This document shows positions 40,397-44,043 of a stretch of 44,043 bases of DNA, piece after piece. Within the stretch, counting starts at the first letter, position 1; each line of letters starts with the position of its first letter. Source of the DNA: Cyanobacteria bacterium P01_H01_bin.119. Lineage in GTDB: Bacteria > Cyanobacteriota > Cyanobacteriia > Phormidesmidales > Phormidesmidaceae. The position numbers and the translations under genes were made by a program. The stretch lies in NCBI GenBank assembly GCA_039177155.1, contig JBCDFX010000001.1, positions 1 to 44,043 on the forward strand. Direction: 5' to 3'. A model generated the notes under the pieces. It was not told the DNA's origin, did no database searches, and saw only the letters and a list, made by a program, of their open reading frames with translations.

Positions 40397-42919
40397 TTAA
40401 ACGATTACAAAATCAGCCGCGGAAGCATCTATCACAGCGTTCAAGATAGCCAAAATCTCATCTCCAACCCGGATGCTGTTGCCCACAAAATTGAGGCTAT
40501 CGATCTCAATATCTGAAAGTCCTATCACATCAACACCTATTTCAAAGTCTGTGATAGTGTCTGTGCCTTCACCCGAAGTCAGCACAAAAATATCCCGACC
40601 AGAGCTAGCGTTATTATCGCCTGTTAGGGTGTCATTACCCAGACCTCCTCGCAGAATATCATCACCCGCATCGCCCCAAATCCAATCATCGCCGTCTTCG
40701 CCAAACAGTTTATCATTGCCAGCTTTACCGCCTATTCGGTCATTGCCAAAGCCGCCAAAGATAACATCATTACCGCTGATGCCATCTGGGAGCAGTTCGT
40801 TAGTATCTTCGCCACGAAGAATGTCGTTGCCATCGCTACCCCAGATTTGGTCATCCCCAAGACCGCCTGTAATAATGTCATCGCCTTCTCCCCCGATAAT
40901 TTTATCGCTGCCATTTTTCCCAAATATTTGATCATCACCGGCTAGCCCATCAATAAAGTCTTCACCGGGGGTTCCCTGCAAGACATCAGCCTGTACTGAA
41001 CCAACTAAAGTCGGTACAGGTGATGGCGAATCTTGGTCGGGGGCAGGTGTTTGTGTATTCAGCAAAGCTTGCAGTGCCGCATCTGCCTGAATGAGACCAA
41101 ATCCACTGGCTGAGTCAAAACCAATATCAAAACCGGGGGTGCTGGGATCATCTAAGTCAAGCGCAGAAGATTGCAATGCCTCATAGATTTCTGTAGGCGA
41201 AGCGTCTGGTACGGCTTCCAACAGCAGTGCTGCTACGGCAGCAGCATTAGGTGCTGCAGCAGATGTTCCAAAAAAGTTAGGAAATGGATCTGGATCAGCT
41301 GCAATATCTTGACCAAAGAAAGTTGTATTTCCGCCATCTGGGGCAACGATTTCAGGTTTTTGGCGATTTTCGGGCTCAGCTAAAGCATTCCCCTCACCAT
41401 CAAATAAGATAGGGGTACCTCCGACTGCAGAAAAAGGTTCTACGCTAGGAGCCGATTGCCCAAACGCAGGAGACTCCTCAAAAAAAGCCGCTCCCACTGC
41501 TTGAGCGCCTTTAGCATTGGCTTGGCCGAACAATGTACCGCTGCTGGTATCGTATTCATCGATCGATAAATCGCCAAAGCCAACGTATTTAATCAGGGCT
41601 GGATCGTCCCCTGCAAACTTCCCGATAACGACGTTGTACTCAGTCTCAAAGAAGCTATTGTTTGTAAACTCAAGCACCTCAACAGGATCACCGTTGAGAT
41701 TGCCATCAAAGCTGGCTGCGACAACGCGATTGTTGCTATCTACTAAAAAGATATCGAGATCGCTAGTCGAACCCTGTACACCAGAAGCCGAAAAATAGGG
41801 TGATGCCCACTGAAAAGAAAGACTAATTTCAGCACCTGATTCAACCGTGATGGATTGAAAAATATCAACTTCCAATCCTGGATCAAAATCATGGGCTTCT
41901 ACTTGAAAACTACCAAAGTCCAAGAAAACACCGCTGCCTCTAAAAGCGCTTTCATATGCTGTATCGGCATTGTTGCCAGCCGCAGAAAAATAGGCCACTC
42001 CATCGGCAACAACTTGATCGACCGCTTGAGCCACAATGCCATCTTGAAAGAAAGATTCCGTGAGATAAATAACATCATCGACAATCACGTCTGCATCTGC
42101 CTGCTCAGCCAGATTTACAATCCCCTGAGCGAATCCAGCTCGCCCCAGAAAGGCCGTCTGAAAGGCCAGATCAGCGCCAGGAGCAATATCGTTGATCAGC
42201 TGAAGCATGGCTCGCCCTTCGTCCGAGCCACCACCGGGTAAATCTTGCAGTACAGTGACTTCCGGCAAATCACCGCTAATTTGGTCAAAGGCTGCTCCAC
42301 CCAGATTGTTAAAGCTATCGGAGAGGACACCAACTGTTACCCCTTCGCCGGTGACGCCAAACTCAGAACTGGCTATATCAGCTTTTAAGGCAATCTTTGC
42401 CTGATTAGTAACGGTTCCTTGCTGAACAATTGGCCTGTAGGCGGGACGCATAAACTGCATCGCATCAGATGTCGCCATTGCCATCATGGTGTCTATTGGG
42501 ATGTACCCTGACACAACGCCGCCGTACTCTCCCGTGGCCACAAAACCATGGCCATCTAACTGGCCCATGAGAGCGTCCATCTGATGGGCGGCTACAACAT
42601 CCACCATGACCATGCCATCTTCGATCTGAAAAGTGGAATTGGCGCTTTGGAAAAAATCCACAGCGGCTTCGCCAAAAATGGTTTTGTATAGAGCGTATTG
42701 CGCTGATAGAGTGCTTAAATCACCGCCCATTTTGCTCAAACTAGCTGCCTTAGAGCCATTATTTAATGTTGAGCTAGTTGTTTGAGGCGTCCTTTGATTT
42801 ATTTGCCCTAAGGTAAATCTGTTTTCTACTCGATCGGTAAGCGCTTCAGTAGCTTTTTCTAATTCTGATTCTATATGTTTTCCAATATTAAGCAGTTTTT
42901 GAATTTTATTATTAATCAC
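40397..42919 (-). CDS. Subtilase-like (S8/S53-type) peptidase with C-terminal RTX (hemolysin-type Ca-binding) repeats; probable type I secretion substrate
   Basis: 840 aa with no N-terminal signal peptide. It has [27 protein letters not shown] and the serine motif [18 protein letters not shown]. About 8 GGxGxD nonapeptides follow ([28 protein letters not shown]...). The C-terminus ends ...AADFVIV. Confidence 0.75.
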   Translation of the reverse strand: MINNKIQKLLNIGKHIESELEKATEALTDRVENRFTLGQINQRTPQTTSSTLNNGSKAASLSKMGGDLSTLSAQYALYKTIFGEAAVDFFQSANSTFQIEDGMVMVDVVAAHQMDALMGQLDGHGFVATGEYGGVVSGYIPIDTMMAMATSDAMQFMRPAYRPIVQQGTVTNQAKIALKADIASSEFGVTGEGVTVGVLSDSFNNLGGAAFDQISGDLPEVTVLQDLPGGGSDEGRAMLQLINDIAPGADLAFQTAFLGRAGFAQGIVNLAEQADADVIVDDVIYLTESFFQDGIVAQAVDQVVADGVAYFSAAGNNADTAYESAFRGSGVFLDFGSFQVEAHDFDPGLEVDIFQSITVESGAEISLSFQWASPYFSASGVQGSTSDLDIFLVDSNNRVVAASFDGNLNGDPVEVLEFTNNSFFETEYNVVIGKFAGDDPALIKYVGFGDLSIDEYDTSSGTLFGQANAKGAQAVGAAFFEESPAFGQSAPSVEPFSAVGGTPILFDGEGNALAEPENRQKPEIVAPDGGNTTFFGQDIAADPDPFPNFFGTSAAAPNAAAVAALLLEAVPDASPTEIYEALQSSALDLDDPSTPGFDIGFDSASGFGLIQADAALQALLNTQTPAPDQDSPSPVPTLVGSVQADVLQGTPGEDFIDGLAGDDQIFGKNGSDKIIGGEGDDIITGGLGDDQIWGSDGNDILRGEDTNELLPDGISGNDVIFGGFGNDRIGGKAGNDKLFGEDGDDWIWGDAGDDILRGGLGNDTLTGDNNASSGRDIFVLTSGEGTDTITDFEIGVDVIGLSDIEIDSLNFVGNSIRVGDEILAILNAVIDASAADFVIV

Positions 42920-43297
42920 TTGAAATAACCTCCTATTGTTAAATCGGCTAATCCAATAAATACTCCAAATGCTTGTACTATTGCTTCAGGTATTCAGAGC
43001 AACAGTACAGGCTGGAACTCGCCACTAAGCAGTTTACGGAGCCCATCCATTATTGGATTTACTTTTTGAGAAAAAATCTGGGAGTTTGTCTGGCTCAGCC
43101 TAAAATGACTAGCAAATTTTCGTTTCTGCCAAGCGTTAAGCCAAAGTAAGTGAGAGGAAGATTGAGTTGGGAGGGTTTCTGGAAGTAACTAAATATGTTG
43201 GCGAATATAGGACTGATCTGTAACACAAGTTTTGGTGGGCAGTGCCCACCCTACCTAGCTATAAGGAAAAAAGCGACTATTCCATTTCTGAAAGCTT

Positions 43298-44043
43298 TTA
43301 GCCAGCTTTTTTCGCCGTCAACACTAGGTAGCCTAAATCCTGACCGTGACGGATAAAGGTTTGGCGCATCGCCAGAATACGCTGCCGTAATACCGGGCGG
43401 GTCAGCATATTCCAGCCCATGGTCAGCAGGGTAGATACCCCTTCCTCTTGGGCAATACGGGCGGGATTTAACAGGGTCATAGGGCCAGTATCGGAGCGTT
43501 CTACCGTAAGGCCGGCCTGCTGGCAGGCGGCAATCCAGCCGTCGGTGGGTAAAGGAGACGCATTGACCCGAATGGTTGCAGAAAGATCGCGGTGAACGGC
43601 GTTAGCGTTGGCACCTTCAACCCGCAGTTCATGGCTAAGAAACTGACCATCAGGCTTGAGGCGATCGCAAATTCCGGCCAAAATTTTAGCTTTTCCTGCC
43701 TTAGACTGCATGGTCAAAATGGCTTCTGCCAAGACATAATCAAACTGCTCTGCAATGGTGTCGAGCTGAAAGATATCGCCTTCAACGATCTGCACCTGAT
43801 CGGTTAGTCCAACGCGGGCGATATTCGCCTGGGCACGAATAACGCTCTCAGGGTTTTTCTCGACCCCGACTACCTTTACCCCGTAGCGCTGAGCCAGAGC
43901 GATCGCGCTGTAGCCAAAGCTGGCGGCTAGTTCTAGTACGGTTTCGCCGGGCTGAAAATTGGCCCAGGCAAAGAGCTGTTCTGAAGCGGTATAACCGCCT
44001 GGACGTAAGGCTTGCTTACCTGCTGCTGCCAATACTTGATGTC
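43298..44043 (-). CDS. Class I SAM-dependent methyltransferase (5' end probably beyond the window)
   Basis: It carries a motif I-like VLELAASFGYSAIALA and VGVEKNPES. The ORF-track start at 44032 is a TTG, and the frame stays open to the window edge. Confidence 0.7.
   Translation of the reverse strand, partial: HQVLAAAGKQALRPGGYTASEQLFAWANFQPGETVLELAASFGYSAIALAQRYGVKVVGVEKNPESVIRAQANIARVGLTDQVQIVEGDIFQLDTIAEQFDYVLAEAILTMQSKAGKAKILAGICDRLKPDGQFLSHELRVEGANANAVHRDLSATIRVNASPLPTDGWIAACQQAGLTVERSDTGPMTLLNPARIAQEEGVSTLLTMGWNMLTRPVLRQRILAMRQTFIRHGQDLGYLVLTAKKAG

Noticed and set aside
40473-40931. 152-aa Ser/Pro-rich plus-strand ORF, and other long antisense ORFs inside large genes (e.g. 14518-15164, 15662-15982, 21782-22198, 13315-13644)
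   Set aside because: These are mirror-frame artefacts of repeat-rich or GC-rich genes on the opposite strand (the RTX repeats, murG, the STAND gene). They have no independent support.
43236-43252. Palindrome GGTGGGCA-G-TGCCCACC downstream of the methyltransferase gene
   Set aside because: It looks like a hairpin, but no U-tract follows it on the minus strand (AAAAC follows instead). I do not call it a terminator. It may be a chance palindrome or a protein-binding site.

Overview
This is a cyanobacterial chromosomal segment. The HIP1 octamer GCGATCGC recurs every few hundred bp, and the markers petN, psbE/psbF-like, ctaC, a carboxysomal-type beta-carbonic anhydrase and heme oxygenase are present. 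I support about 47 protein-coding genes, mostly on the minus strand. I recognised no rRNA, tRNA, CRISPR array, transposase or integrase. The ordinary content has three parts. (a) Transport and housekeeping genes: ctaC (partial), an Opp/Dpp-type ABC permease, an AI-2E transporter, an HD hydrolase, murG, rsmB and petN. (b) A redox cluster at 9.4-14 kb: a Crp/Fnr regulator, thioredoxin, a peroxiredoxin-like protein, TetR, an NIL-ferredoxin and a TlpA/HCF164-like thioredoxin. (c) Other enzymes: MOSC, a Rieske oxygenase, DUF547, an HDAC-like protein, an NlpD-like LysM/degenerate-LytM protein, SRPBCC and ABM proteins. Six things stand out. (1) A family of about 70-100 nt hairpin repeats has at least 11 copies, all intergenic and in both orientations. 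One copy is extended into a perfect 34-nt palindrome, and a tandem pair lies next to a CHAT-protease gene. (2) A conflict/programmed-cell-death-like neighbourhood lies at 20.2-27.4 kb. It holds a 1019-aa orthocaspase-STAND NTPase-TM protein, a TerB-like protein and an exported TPR-CHAT protease. (3) An AT-richer, HIP1-poor island lies at about 36.5-43.2 kb. It carries a divergent psbE/psbF-like pair in which PsbF is about 100 aa with a second predicted TM helix and no psbL/psbJ follows. The pair sits next to ho1, which is packed tightly against two genes for signal-peptide proteins, and next to an S8-like protease with RTX repeats. (4) A second AT-rich, HIP1-free patch at 5.2-6.8 kb encodes a repeat-module protein that is split into two ORFs at an A3T4 run. 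It has a strong terminator and a 0.9-kb leader. (5) An orphan HerA/FtsK-like ATPase is present. (6) petN and a 57-aa membrane ORF fall below the ORF-track cutoff. All functional calls come from motif recognition by eye; no database search was possible.
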